DNA of 63,887 nucleotides, the filler included, from Octopus bimaculoides (Eukaryota), in assembly GCF_001194135.2 (NCBI RefSeq). It is 5 parts of 5 records of this genome, joined end to end, with 100 filler letters (N's around TTAATTAATTAA, not from the genome) between each part and the next. Parts side by side here need not be neighbours in the genome. Positions count along the whole stretch, not along the records: positions 1 to 27,486 come from NC_068988.1; 4 more parts are not named here. One strand, given 5' to 3'. The notes beneath the pieces were generated by a model. That model saw only the letters and a program-made list of their open reading frames with translations, made no database searches and was not told where the DNA came from. Positions within the stretch are counted from its first letter, which is position 1; the number at the start of each line of letters is the position of its first letter. Shown one piece after another: positions 13,925 through 25,855 of the stretch. A program made the position numbers and the translations under genes.

Positions 13925-14190
13925 TAGGCGTAGGAGTGGCTGTGTGGTAAGTAGCTTGCTTACCAACCACATCATTCCAGGTCCAGTCCCACTGCGTGGC
14001 ACCTTGGGCAAGTGTCTTCTACTATAGCCTCGGGCCAACCAAAGCCTTGTGAGTGGATTTGGTAGACTGAAACTGAAAGAAGCCTGTCGTATATATGTAT
14101 ATGTATGTGTGTGTGTTTTTGTGTATCTCTGTTTGTCCCCCCAACATCGCTTGACAACCGAAGCTGGTGTGTTTAAGCCCCCATAACTTA
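13925..14190 (+). mobile_element. Second SINE family; inverted or partial copies at ~15290-15440, 27785-27930, 40870-41050, 43130-43300, 55260-55420
   Basis: Recurrent gcaccttgggcaagtgtcttctactatagcctcggg...aaagccttgtgagtggatttggtaga..gaaactgaaagaagcc. Confidence 0.85.
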
Positions 14191-15129
14191 GAGGTTCAAG
14201 TTATTGTCAATTTTAAGCAACTTTCTTGAACCATCTCTTCTTATGTATCCCCAAAGCATCAAACTCTTACCCCACAAACTTCACTGTTTTTGTCATGTAA
14301 CAAGGGTCGTTTTGCTTTCTAATAAGTGAGAATTTGTCAGAAGGCCTCCAGGAAACTGCACGGCTGCAAAGCGAGCTTCTTAACCACACAGCCATGCCTG
14401 CACCTATGTAATGGAAAAGGTAATACCCCACAGGATGGTGAGGAAGACACGCCAGAGAACAGCCACACCAATTCATAGCACTCACACTTGCAGACAGCCA
14501 TCTCTGCCCTGAGAGCAGTAAGTTGGGATGCATCATTCTATATTTTTGAGATGAGGAATTCTGTACATTATTTACATTGGACAGATATGTGTCCTCATCT
14601 TGTTTGTTGTAAATAATGTAAATCATGTACAGAATTCAATCCAGCTCTCTGTATGGGTTGGTGGGGGAAGAGATTGTTCTCATATGTTTCGCTGAGCACT
14701 TAAAACATACACATTCCAATAGTCTGTATAAGTTGTATTCAAGAAAAAGAAACATAAGTTGAAAACCCTTTCGAATATTTTGAATAAATAAGGTAGTAGT
14801 ACATTAAGTGCAGAGGCCAACGATTTCGATATTTATTCAGAGATTTCGACTCTCTTTAGATTAAACAACAAACTATTTGAAAATGTAGAATGTGCTTAAA
14901 CAAATCCTTTCTTTTATAAACAATCACAAAATGTAGATCACTTGTATTACGAAAGCAAATCAATAATACATACCACAGCAATATCATACGAAATAGTTTA
15001 AACAACACAAATTATAAAGATTCTTCTAAGAGATATATCCCAAATGTTGGATCTTTCCTTTCGTCAAAGCATACAAACAACCCATAGCTATCATTATCAA
15101 GCAAGTATGTCTTGGTAGCATGAATAATA

Positions 15130-15164
<35 letters not shown>

Positions 15165-15776
15165 CTTTTACTCTTTTACTTGTNNNNNNNNNNNNNNNNN
15201 NNNNNNNNNNNNNNNNNNNNNNNNNNNNNNNNNNNNNNNNNNNNNNNNNNNNNNNNNNNNNNNNNNNNNNNNNNNNNNNNNNNCACACATACACAATGGG
15301 CTTTTTTTTCAGTTGGTATCTACCAAATCCACATGCAAGGCTTTGGTCAGCCCAACGCTGTCGTAGAAGACATTTGCCCAAGGTATCACACAGTGGAACT
15401 GAAACTGGAACCATGTGTTTGGGATGCATGCACCTTACCACACAGTTGTATCGAAAACCTTTTCAGGCTTGTACTAAATTATTTCCTCCACTATCTCCCT
15501 CGCCACCACACACACCCAGCCATCATGTATTGTAATGAATATAATATAGTTACGTTTTCTAAACTCTGTTAAACAAAACTTAAATAAATTTTCGTTTTAC
15601 TGCTTTTTACTTGCACTGATCTGTAAATACAGTGGTTTATGAGAAAAATTCTGTCAACAATTTAGGTAAGATGCATTTCCTGTGTTCTGAATAACGCTCG
15701 GAATAACGCTTCATTAAATGAAAGAAAAAAAAATCATAGTTCCTGATTAGTTTAGAATTCCAACCCATACCATTAA

Positions 15777-15990
15777 ATAATGATGATGATTGTGACAATG
15801 ATGACGATGATGATGATGATGATGAAAATGATGATGATGAGCATAATGATGATGATGTGTATAATGATGATGATGATGATGAGCATAATGATGATGAGCA
15901 TAATGATGATGATAATAGTGATGATGATGATGATGACGATGATGGTGATGGAATGATGGGTTGTGGTGGTGATGCTGATGATGATGAGGA
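15777..15990. repeat. Degenerate (GAT)n array
   Basis: Direct inspection. Confidence 0.95.
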
Positions 15991-16639
15991 TTAACTGAAA
16001 CATATGAGAAGGAGGTGGAATGGATATTTTAATTAGAAATACATTAAAGAAAGAATTAGATAAAATTTTTAAAATAGACGCTTCTCTTACAATGTTTATA
16101 ATTCTGATTTTGCTTCTCTCATTTAGAATGCAGAACTTCCAACTAATTAAAACTCTCCATGTCAAAAATTAACATGTAGCAAGTGTTGCAAAATGATTAG
16201 TTGTCATGTAGCCAAGTGGTTAGGGTGTTGCACTTATGATTGCAAGATCGTGGTTTCAATTCCAAGACCAGGTGGTGCATTGTGTTCTTGAGCAAAACAT
16301 TTCATTTCACACTGCTCCGTTCCATTCAACTGTAAATGAGTTCCAGCAATATCTGGGAAGTTAACCCTGAGATGGACTGGCATCCTGTTCAGGGGGAATG
16401 GTGTCATCTCTGTCACTTATATGCCATAGAAACCAGTTTACTGACCCTTTGAGTCCAATGACTTGATATAGTACCTGCTTTACTTATTCGCTGATGTAAC
16501 AAAATTTTCAGAAAACTACAAACTTACATCTCTTGACAAATATATCAAGACAAAGAGACTCAAACATACACACACTCACACAAACACATATATGCATACA
16601 TATATACATATGTACATACTTATGTACATACATACATCC

Positions 16640-17860
16640 GTACATGGTGGTTGTCTACTCCTTGTGCAGAGTTTGACCACCTCCTGTACTTACATCTTAG
16701 AACCATCATGGTATCTGATGTGGCTTTTTAAACCAGACAATGTTCTGAAAAGACACCCACATAGATTGCATTTCCAATCTGGACCGTCAAGAGCTGCAGA
16801 TAAGTTCTGCTCTTTGTATATCTTAAAATGTCTTTTGAGGCCTCCGTTGGATTTGCAAACCTCCAGGCATACACTGCATTCAAAGGTGTGCACAGACATA
16901 TAGTCAGAATAGTTGATGGAAGTTCATTTTCCATGGGTTTGCAAATGAGATTTGAGCCCAGCAAAAGAAAGGCATGGTCTGTCACAAGTTGTGCACACAA
17001 AAAGGTCATTGTCATTCACCTTCTTGATCGTAACATTCTTCCTTAGATCTCGTTGGAGTCTTACATGCGTTATCCTGACCTCTTCAAACGCTTTCACTCC
17101 ACTCCACCCTTTTGTTTGCCATCCAGCTCGATCTGAAGCAAAGCTTTCTATGTCTTCTGGAACCATTCCAAGTGACTTCATAGTAGTCCTTATGCCGCCC
17201 TTAAACCTTTTTTTAGGTTTACGCCGATAGCATTCCCCCACTGCAATAATAATAAATAATAAATGCACCCTTTTAAAGCCTAGCCAGGCTTATGGGCCCG
17301 GTTTCCCAGTTTCTATGGTGTATGTGTTTCCCAGCTGGACAGGACACCAGTCTATCGCAGCGTTACTCATTTTTGCCAGCTGAGTGGACTGAAGCAACGT
17401 GAAATGAAGTGTTTTGCTAAAGAACACAATGCGTTGCCCGGTCCAGGAATTGAAACCACAATCTTACGATCATGATGCTGACACCCTAACCACTAAACCA
17501 CGTGCCTTCCCCCCTCTGCAAGCTCAACTTAAAACAGCTGTTTCGGCATGCGTCCATCTACCATTTGAATAATATCTCATTTGGTTCCTCAAAATCATAG
17601 CTTTAATTAAGCTGATGCCTGCAGATGCAGGGACATCTGTGTTTGGAGTAAAAGAACTCCATTTAATGTTTAAAATGTGATGAAGGCATTTTTGGTGGAA
17701 TTGTTTAAACAATTTAAAATGCCTTTCATAACAAGTCCATGTTTCACAAGAATACAACAAGGATGGTAAGACAAATGATTTGTAAAGAGCCAGCTTTGTA
17801 TTGTTATTTATATGTTGCTGGCACCAAACGCATGACTCCAAGCCACCAAATGCTTTTGCT
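16640..17860 (-). mobile_element. RTE LINE 3' end with C-terminal C2H2 fingers, interrupted by a SINE
   Basis: KLALYKSFVLPSLLYSCETWT...FHQKCLHHILNIKW (17524-17841), then RRKPKKRFK...CTTCDRPCLSFAGLKSHLQTH and two more CxxC...H units in a shifted frame (16690-16899). Confidence 0.85.
17246..17506 (-). mobile_element. tRNA-derived SINE nested in the RTE, with ~13-bp target-site duplication
   Basis: Head with A box TGGTTTAGTGG and B box GTTTCAATTCC, (TTA)n tail. Flanks ttcccccactgca (17233-17245) and ttcccccctctgca (17507-17520). Confidence 0.85.
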
Positions 17861-19764
17861 GCTCTTTGAATTCACAGATGCATTTCTGTATTTAAACTCA
17901 GAATGTAAAGACAGATGAAATGCTGCTAAGAATTTTGTCCAGCTTGCTAACATTTCTGGCAGCTCACCATCTTGATACAAATAAATATTAGTTGGTCCCT
18001 ACAGTCATGGAAAAAGTTTAGGTTAAGGATCGTTTGGAAATTTTATTTGATTCAGCACATGAGTTTAAGAAGTATAAAGATCTTTTGTTGAGGTTTTGAT
18101 TTGGAGAAACTTAAGATACTTTGATTTGAAAATAATATAATTAAATTTCAAAATATAATAGAGTTTAGAGTAATGAAATTGAAGCTGGGAATAACCTGTG
18201 CCTTAGTTATTGTGTCATCATTCATTTGTTCATTAGATAATTCTTTCTAACAGAAACATGAAACATTAAGAGTTTTTAGTGGTAAAGAAATGTAGATTTG
18301 TGTCTTATAATAAGTCTACAAAAATACAACATTAATTCATTGAATTTCTATTGATTTAAGATTAACAACAAGAGTGAAATAAAGCAATAATAATTGGAAC
18401 TGCCACCAGTTCTTAAATGGAGTTTTTTAAAGAATTTAGTGTTGCATCATGGAACTTACAGTACAAAGTCTCTATTACAAGGACAGAGAAATGAGATTGT
18501 GCAGTATATATATGTTTCCTTATAATATGTCACACAATCAACATTATAGAAGATGTAAGTCTTTAATGTACCATTTAATGTTAACACAAATCTTAATTTT
18601 ACAAGAATGGAAAAATGAGATATGCTGTACAATCACCAGTGAAGTCCAAATAGAACCTGTGCCCTGTTTGTAGTTTACCAGTGCCCTTTCACGAACCCTA
18701 ACGAAAATGCTTTGAATTGAACATCCTTCTGAAAATCTTCATCCCCAAAACGAATGAGAGATGAGATATTTTTGGACTGATTTGAAACACTAATTTTCCA
18801 TTATTGGATTTATCTGATTTGATCGATGTCCAAATATAATAATAATTGTTATTATTATATCTGTGTTTGTTTTGATATTAAGAATGAAAAAAAAAAAAAT
18901 CAACTTCGTAAAACATTTTGGACCTGGCTTTGCGTCTCTTTAGCAAATTTCGTTTCCCGCACGTGTGGAGAAAATACGCAAAACCTAGAATCTATTTGGG
19001 AAAGATTCCATCCATCAATTTGGAATGTGGTATTTTAGACGAGAACTCAAAGTTCAAATTAGGTGAGTGTATTAATGAAAAGAATCTCCGAAGTAACCAG
19101 ATACAGAATATAAAATTAATAGGTGTCTAGAATAGGTAGGCTGGATTATTATTTATCTTTCATTAACCAATGCAGGGGAAGAGAGATAATTTCGTTTGTT
19201 TTATTTTTTATACTTATACGTAACCTTGTTCTTTTTTTCTTGTTTTATACTTTTTGGTCACACAGTGTCTACTAACAATGGTAACAGTTGAAAAGATACG
19301 AGGATCATGTAATTATAGGTGGGGAAAGTCAGAGAATACACTTCGAGATATTATTATCTTCTAGAGAGAATTATATTAAATACAACCAAATTAATTTAAA
19401 CAAATTGTGATAAAAGAGATATTTTAAACATAAATTATGGTGAGCATTACACAGCAAGAGATAAGTTCTCAGTAATCTAAGACTGCGACAGGAGTTCAAC
19501 TGTCAATTAACATCGCTCATGATTGGAGACAGGAATCTCGTCACTTGACATTTATCAAAAATAAAGATTTTCTGTGAAGTAATCAGGAGAACTAATATAC
19601 TTTAAAAACTAAATTTATGTTGTTCTCTTAAACATTTTACAATTCAAACTCAACAAGTTGAAAGTATTTGGGTTGCATAGATATTTTAAACAGAAATTGG
19701 TAAAATCTGAAAAGGAAACAAATAACAATGATAATAATGAGTAGAAAACCTTTAGATTTCTCAC

Positions 19765-20002
19765 CTATTATTTTCGACAAACGATCCCCTAGTCCGTAGT
19801 TCAGCATTATACCACCTCTAAATAGTCCATAATGTATAGAACCTCTATATCGCCGTGTATCTGTTGCGTTGTTTTCTCCTATTAAGAGTTTTGGATGGAC
19901 ACACACCCAGTAATCTGTAGCTAAAGACATCATTAATGTGACGGTACCAACTGTAATAAATAACAGTGTAAAGCCAACAAACGGACGCTTTTTCTTCTCC
20001 AT
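19765..20002 (-). CDS. CLRN: Clarin-family tetraspan protein, first coding exon (copy B; 79 codons + 1 nt)
   Basis: MEKKKRPFVGFTLLFITVGTVTLMMSLATDYWVCV...HYGLFRGGIMLNYGLGDRLSKII. Same clarin motifs, NAT sequon and phase-1 donor G|GTGAGA at the homologous position to copy A. Confidence 0.9.
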
Positions 20003-20231
20003 TGATTAGATGTCAAACTTGTTCAAGTGATTCATTTACATTAGCTCCTTTTTTTTGTCTTGTCTTATAAAAACATATATCGTAAAGGAATCAACAATTA
20101 TTCTCCCTTCATTTATGATTCTGTCAGATTTTTCCGCCTGTAATTTCTAATTTTGTTGTCTAGATGTTAATTATTTCCTCTGGAACACGACCTTATTACC
20201 ATGACGATGATATATATTTTAAATAAACGAA

Positions 20232-20496
20232 ATAATTAATGAGTTCATTGATCTATTGTAACGCAGTTTCTCTCTCGTGATATAAGTTATCCTCTTCATT
20301 AGATTCAATATATGACAATACTCGCTGACCTGACCCAGAGAACTGAATTGAACAAACTAACGCTTTAAACTAAAAGTCTTAACTGTTTACGTATATTTAC
20401 ATTGATACAAGTAGTCAACGGATGATGCTAACTGTTATCATTGATCGTAGTATCTCTCAGGTTAATCAATTCACCTGTGACTTCTCACTCATTAAC
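20232..20496. promoter_or_regulatory. Candidate POU4/Brn3 sites and E-box upstream of clarin copy B
   Basis: ATTAATGAGT (20235-20244, reverse complement ACTCATTAAT) and ACTCATTAAC (20487-20496) both match RCTCATTAAY. CACCTG at 20472-20477. Confidence 0.4.
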
Positions 20497-21719
20497 ACGA
20501 TCTATTTATTTAGTAAATCCGAAAGTTAATGAAGTCGGTTACGAAATTTAATATATTAATTCAAATGGTTAAAATAATCCAGTTTTCATTATGTTAACGG
20601 GATTAAAAAGAGTACAAAAATCGTATAAAATTTGATCTGTTTATTATTTACAATGAGAAAAGCTAAATTGTAAGAAGTGATTATGTTAAACGAAATACTG
20701 TGCTAAGCCAGACACAAGACTAGATTTTAGAATGTTGCTGTTTTATCCTACATATAATAACCCAAGGACAAAGCTAATAGTTTAAACTTATTTAGTTCTC
20801 TAATCATCCAAAAACTATAGTTTATCTGCTGTTTTTCTCTTCTTTCTTTGGTGTAGACGTTGCCTTTCATCTCTCCAACTGTAATAAAATAAGTACTGTC
20901 ATGTACGGGAGTTGCTTCAATCGACTGTATTCTTCCTTGGATTAACAGGATCGTTAGAGCTACTTATACCGAGTTCAAATACTGCCAAGGTCAAGTTTAC
21001 TTTGTATCCTTTCAGGGTCAATAAAATAAAATACCAGTCAATACTGGGTTCGTTTGGTTATTTCATATAAAAGTATCATGATGTGAATGGAATAACAATG
21101 GAAGATTAAAATCAAGGCTTCTTTTTGCTACATATTTGTGGCTATGGGCAAAAGAAATCGTCATCATAATCGTCATCATCATCGTCATCATCATCGTCAT
21201 CATCATCATCATCATCATCATCTTTGCAGTTGTATTTGTAATTGTATGGTAGAGAGAGATTAGATAGCTGAAAGATGACCTAAAGGCTTTAAAGTAATGG
21301 TTCTTAAACTAAGTTATTCAAACACATTCTAGTTGGTCACAAGACTTTTTTTTCCCCCCCTGACGACCCCAAATAATTAAACTTCCAAAATTAATCCCAC
21401 TTATAAGATTATCAGTAGAATAAGCTGATTAGAATATCAGCTTAAAAAAAGAACAATGAAAAAAAGGATAAAAAGCTACTACTTCAAAGTATGCATATTG
21501 TTTTGTCCTTTACTCATTTAAAATAAATCCTGCTAAAGTTGTGTAGTGAAACTAACACCTCGATCGCCATTACATACAAAACTACCTATCGCCATTAGAT
21601 ACAAAACTACTATCGCCATTCTTCCCATTTAAATATAAACAAACGCGGGCGTAGCGGAGAACCCATTCCTTGTCATCACATGACTGATTATTATTCGAAG
21701 CGGCAACTTCTTCGAACCG

Positions 21720-21856
21720 TTCCCGCCAGAACGCAAACTGACCAATCACGGCCCCTAATAAGGTCACGTGATAGAGTATTTTTCTGAAGCCTTCGGGAGC
21801 CGATAGTTTGTTATAAATAGCTTTAACTCGGCGGCCAAATTCGTCTCGGTTCAGTT
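21720..21856 (+). promoter_or_regulatory. Pol II promoter-like motif cluster
   Basis: TTCCCGCC (E2F-like, 21720), CCAAT (21742), GTCACGTGA (21763), TATAAATA (21812), TCAGTT (21851) in a CpG-enriched patch. Confidence 0.45.
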
Positions 21857-23554
21857 TCTCTTTGAGATCTGTTCCGTGTACCNNNNNNNNNNNNNNNNNN
21901 NNNNNNNNNNNNNNNNNNNNNNNNNNNNNNNNNNNNNNNNNNNNNNNNNNNNNNNNNNNNNNNNNNNNNNNNNNNNNNNNNNNNNNNNNNNNNNNNNNNN
22001 NNNNNNNNNNNNNNNNNNNNNNNNNNNNNNNNNNNNNNNNNNNNNNNNNNNNNNNNNNNNNNNNNNNNNNNNNNNNNNNNNNNNNNNNNNNNNNNNNNNN
22101 NNNNNNNNNNNNNNNNNNNNNNNNNNNNNNNNNNNNNNNNNNNNNNNNNNNNNNNNNNNNNNNNNNNNNNNNNNNNNNNNNNNNNNNNNNNNNNNNNNNN
22201 NNNNNNNNNNNNNNNNNNNNNNNNNNNNNNNNNNNNNNNNNNNNNNNNNNNNNNNNNNACAACATCACAACTAGTGATCAGCTCTGCCACACTCACAGCC
22301 TCAACTACTTTCACATACAGACTTTTCCTATAGTGTACTCAGAACTGGTATAAATGCTCACGGTTACTGACTCTTTCTATCTACTGTAATAACTCACATA
22401 CACATACATGTATCACTCACATACATACTTTTCTTTGTATGACTGCCTGTCTTTGATTATGTTCTTATATGTCGCATTCACACTCTCACATACACATACA
22501 TCTTTAATGCCATAATAAATATCTCTGTTATTCATCTTATACGGTTGCCTTCTATAGTCTTTCATTACTGGTCACATATGTTATCGTAGTATAACATATC
22601 ATGTATATCATCTCTGAGATATATTAATTTTGTGTTCGACCGTGTGACACGTTTAAATAAAAGGAGTCCTCTGTTTTTTCCATTCGTCACCATTTCTCCT
22701 TTTTGAGTTAGCACGGTCGTCCCTACAGTTGATTTCACTGTTCCTTCAGTCCAAGGTTTATCAATTAAGTACCAGTTATACACAGGGACCAATTCAATCA
22801 ATGAACTTTCCACATTTGAAAACTTGTCTGTGCTCTTTGAAAGAGGAAATTATAATTTATCTTATTTATTTATTAATTAATTTATTTATTTATCTATTTA
22901 GGAATGTGAGAAGATAGTATAAACAGTGAAGAACTGGACCAGGTATTTGCTATTTCAAATTCTTTTTAAGTTTAAATGCTACTAATTCTATAAAAACCAA
23001 TAATATTCTTCTTCTTCTTCAAAATGGTTGCACAACCAGGATGCATTTCACCACATTCTCAGTTTCATGTTGTGTGTCAACTTTAATTTATTTGTAATCT
23101 ACACTTTTGAAAATGTATCCCTGAAAAGTGTCATAAAAATATACAATACACAGAAGGTTAAGAAGGAGCAGAAATGGAATGGTGGGGGAGGGGTAACTTA
23201 ATTTATAGCAAATTTTTGGACTTAAGTTTTTATTGTTAGAAAGACAATGAGGTATTCGTTGAAAACAGAAACTGAAAGACTATTTATCAATTGTTGTGGT
23301 CATGAAAATAGCTTGTGAAATTGAAAAGTGTGTGTCTGATTGAGCACATGAACTTTGAAATGCACTGATACTGTCACAGAATGACCTTTGACCTTGTTTT
23401 TTTCTTATTCCTTCTTGCTTTATTTTGAGATGGGTATGTGTTTAAGAAGCTTGTTTCCCAACCATGTTGTCGTGGGTTTGGTCTCAGTGTGAGAAACCTT
23501 GGGCAATTATGTGGTACTATATCATCGGGCCAACTGAAGCCTCATGCATGAATT

Positions 23555-24032
23555 TAATAATGGAAACTAAAACTATGGCTGGTCATAGAGTGACCGCGGA
23601 TGGTGATTCAATGATTTCCCCTCACAGCTGCACGCACATCTGCGATGTATTTCTCAGTTTTGTTGGTTGTAAGTCTCCCAGAATATTCATCAACATCGAC
23701 ATTTTTTTGGCCTTCTTGGAAACATCTGAACCACTTGTACAATTGTGTGTGGCTCATATACTCCTCCACATACACTTTCTGCAACTTTGCATAGGCCTCT
23801 GAGCAGGTATCGCCATGACAACTTTCTCTGTCATGGTCAATGCAACGATCACACACTACACACCTTCCTTCCAAGCACTGCTGTGTAAACAACAGAAGTG
23901 AGCTAGAATGTTAAAACTTAGTGCACATGCACAGCAGTGTTCAAGGTCAATCATTGCCAAGCAGCTTCACTCTGCATCCTTTAACTTCGTTAATATGGCA
24001 ACAATCCAGATACTTATGGATCAGACCTTATA
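23555..24032 (-). mobile_element. mariner 5' remnant (TIR plus HTH)
   Basis: TIR-like gatcagaccttata. EAYAKLQKVY.E..MSHTQLYKWFRCFQEG HTH segment. Confidence 0.8.
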
Positions 24033-24416
24033 CATAGGCAGTGAACTGATCTGCTGGTGTCACTGGACTGTCAGATAAACTCCTTCACGATTTTTGTTCT
24101 AATTTTCTATACTTTGAGTTGAAATACAACAAAAATTTGCTGTGCTGTTCCTCGTTTCAGGTCCAATAAAGTGACACCCATCACATTGTTATTTTACTGA
24201 GTCATATGTAGGAGGATCAAGTGTGTCTAAAAGCTTGTGGTTTCAGAAACACGTAAGAACCATTAATAAAAGCATGGTACATGTTGACACCAGGTTGTAC
24301 GCAATAACAAATAATGACGATTTTTTTTCTTTTTGTGTTTGTGTGCATATTTATGAGTATGTGGGTGTATGTGTGTATGTATAACATACATACCCACACA
24401 AATATGTGTATATGTA

Positions 24417-24452
<36 letters not shown>

Positions 24453-24640
24453 AATAAAGTGAGACAACAAACCCAAAGCTTGATTTTGTTGTTTCATTTT
24501 ATTTAATATATATATGCTCAAACAAGATCTGCATTAAACTCCTCATTCATATTATTATTGAACTGAGAGTCTAACTACAGCTCTCCTGTAGCACTTAAAT
24601 AACTTTACCTGCCATCTTGGGTCTTCTGGATACCAATACT

Positions 24641-24689
<49 letters not shown>

Positions 24690-24820
24690 TGAGGAGGGTA
24701 TTGGATTTAACCAAACCCAGGAGTATACAGGTAATACCGAGTAAGTGCTGTATACTGATTAGTTTGCCCCAGTCGTTGTATGAACAGGATTGGGTATTAT
24801 AAGTCGTGTATTAGCATGTG

Positions 24821-25466
24821 TATATGTAAATATATAAAAACAAAAAGATAAAGAGAGCAAAGGTAAGGTTGAAGAATTTTATGGATAGAGTCTTACAGTC
24901 TTTTAACCTCATCCCCCTATTCCTCCTTCACTCTATATGCTCATCCCCTCTACCCTGTTAAGACCAACTGACCATAACTATATCACTACCATCCTCCGCC
25001 TCTATATCTCCTCTGTCCCCTTTCACATTCTGTCTTCTTGACTTGTCCTAATTACAGCTCACTTTTCACTTGACTTGGACATTCTTCAAGTAAACAAGCA
25101 AAAATCCATCGCAATATGGAATATATATATCTCTGCTATCTATGCTATATCAACTTTTGTTCCAATATAAATTTCCGGATTATTCACACAAGGATTACTT
25201 TGCACGGATTTCTACACGGATATTTACTACTGGAATGAAACTACACTTCAAGTACTGTTCTCTCTTTTTTCAGCACATCACACTCTTTACCACTTCATAC
25301 TAAAAATATCCGCCTATGGATATAATAATAGATTACTTTATTTTTTCTGTCTCCGATGAAGGGAAGTACTGGATCTTCCCAGAAACAGCTGTAAGACTCT
25401 ATCCATAAAATTCTTCAACCTTACCTTTGCTCTCTTTATCTTTTTGTTTTTATATATTTACATATA
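24821..25466 (+). mobile_element. Penelope-like element terminus (pseudo-LTR with inverted partial copy)
   Basis: Perfect 78-bp inverted repeat (24821-24898 / 25389-25466) flanking ~490 bp that ends in the hammerhead motif. No RT or GIY-YIG ORF visible. Confidence 0.55.
25349..25397 (+). ncRNA. Minimal type I hammerhead ribozyme motif of Penelope-like type (U4C core variant)
   Basis: GTCT-CCGATGA-A-GGGAAG(tactggat)CTTCCC-A-GAAAC-AGCT-GTA-AGAC: 4-bp stem I, 6-bp stem II, short stem III with palindromic AGCT loop, GUA cleavage triplet. Confidence 0.6.
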
Positions 25467-25855
25467 TANNNNNNNNNNNNNNNNNNNNNNNNNNNNNNNN
25501 NNNNNNNNNNNNNNNNNNNNNNNNNNNNNNNNNNNNNNNNNNNNNNNNNNNNNNNNNNNNNNNNNNNNNNNNNNNNNNNNNNNNNNNNNNNNNNNNNNNN
25601 NNNNNNNNNNNNNNNNNNNNNNNNNNNNNNNNNNNNNNNNNNNNNNNNNNNNNNNNNNNNNNNNNNNNNNNNNNNNNNNNNNNNNNNNNNNNNNNNNNNN
25701 NNNNNNNNNNNNNNNNNNNNNNNNNNNNNNNNNNNNNNNNNNNNNNNNNNNNNNNNNNNNNNNNNNNNNNNNNNNNNNNNNNNNNNNNNNNNNNNNNNNN
25801 NNNNNNNNNNNNNNNNNNNNNNNNNNNNNNNNNNNNNNNNNNNNNNNNNNNNNNN

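Noticed and set aside
12129-14038. Long ORFs rich in His, Ile, Ser, Met or X
   Set aside because: Produced by (GAT)n and (TA)n microsatellites and N runs. No splice or compositional support.
18918-19068. Plus-strand ORF ending at a strong AG|gtgagt donor
   Set aside because: No recognisable product, acceptor or partner exon. Could be chance or non-coding.
21690-21735. GAA/TTC-rich stretch resembling heat-shock elements
   Set aside because: Spacing does not fit nGAAnnTTCn periodicity.
21883-22258. Histone gene hidden in the gap after the TATA box
   Set aside because: Only the gap size fits. No coding sequence or 3' stem-loop is visible.
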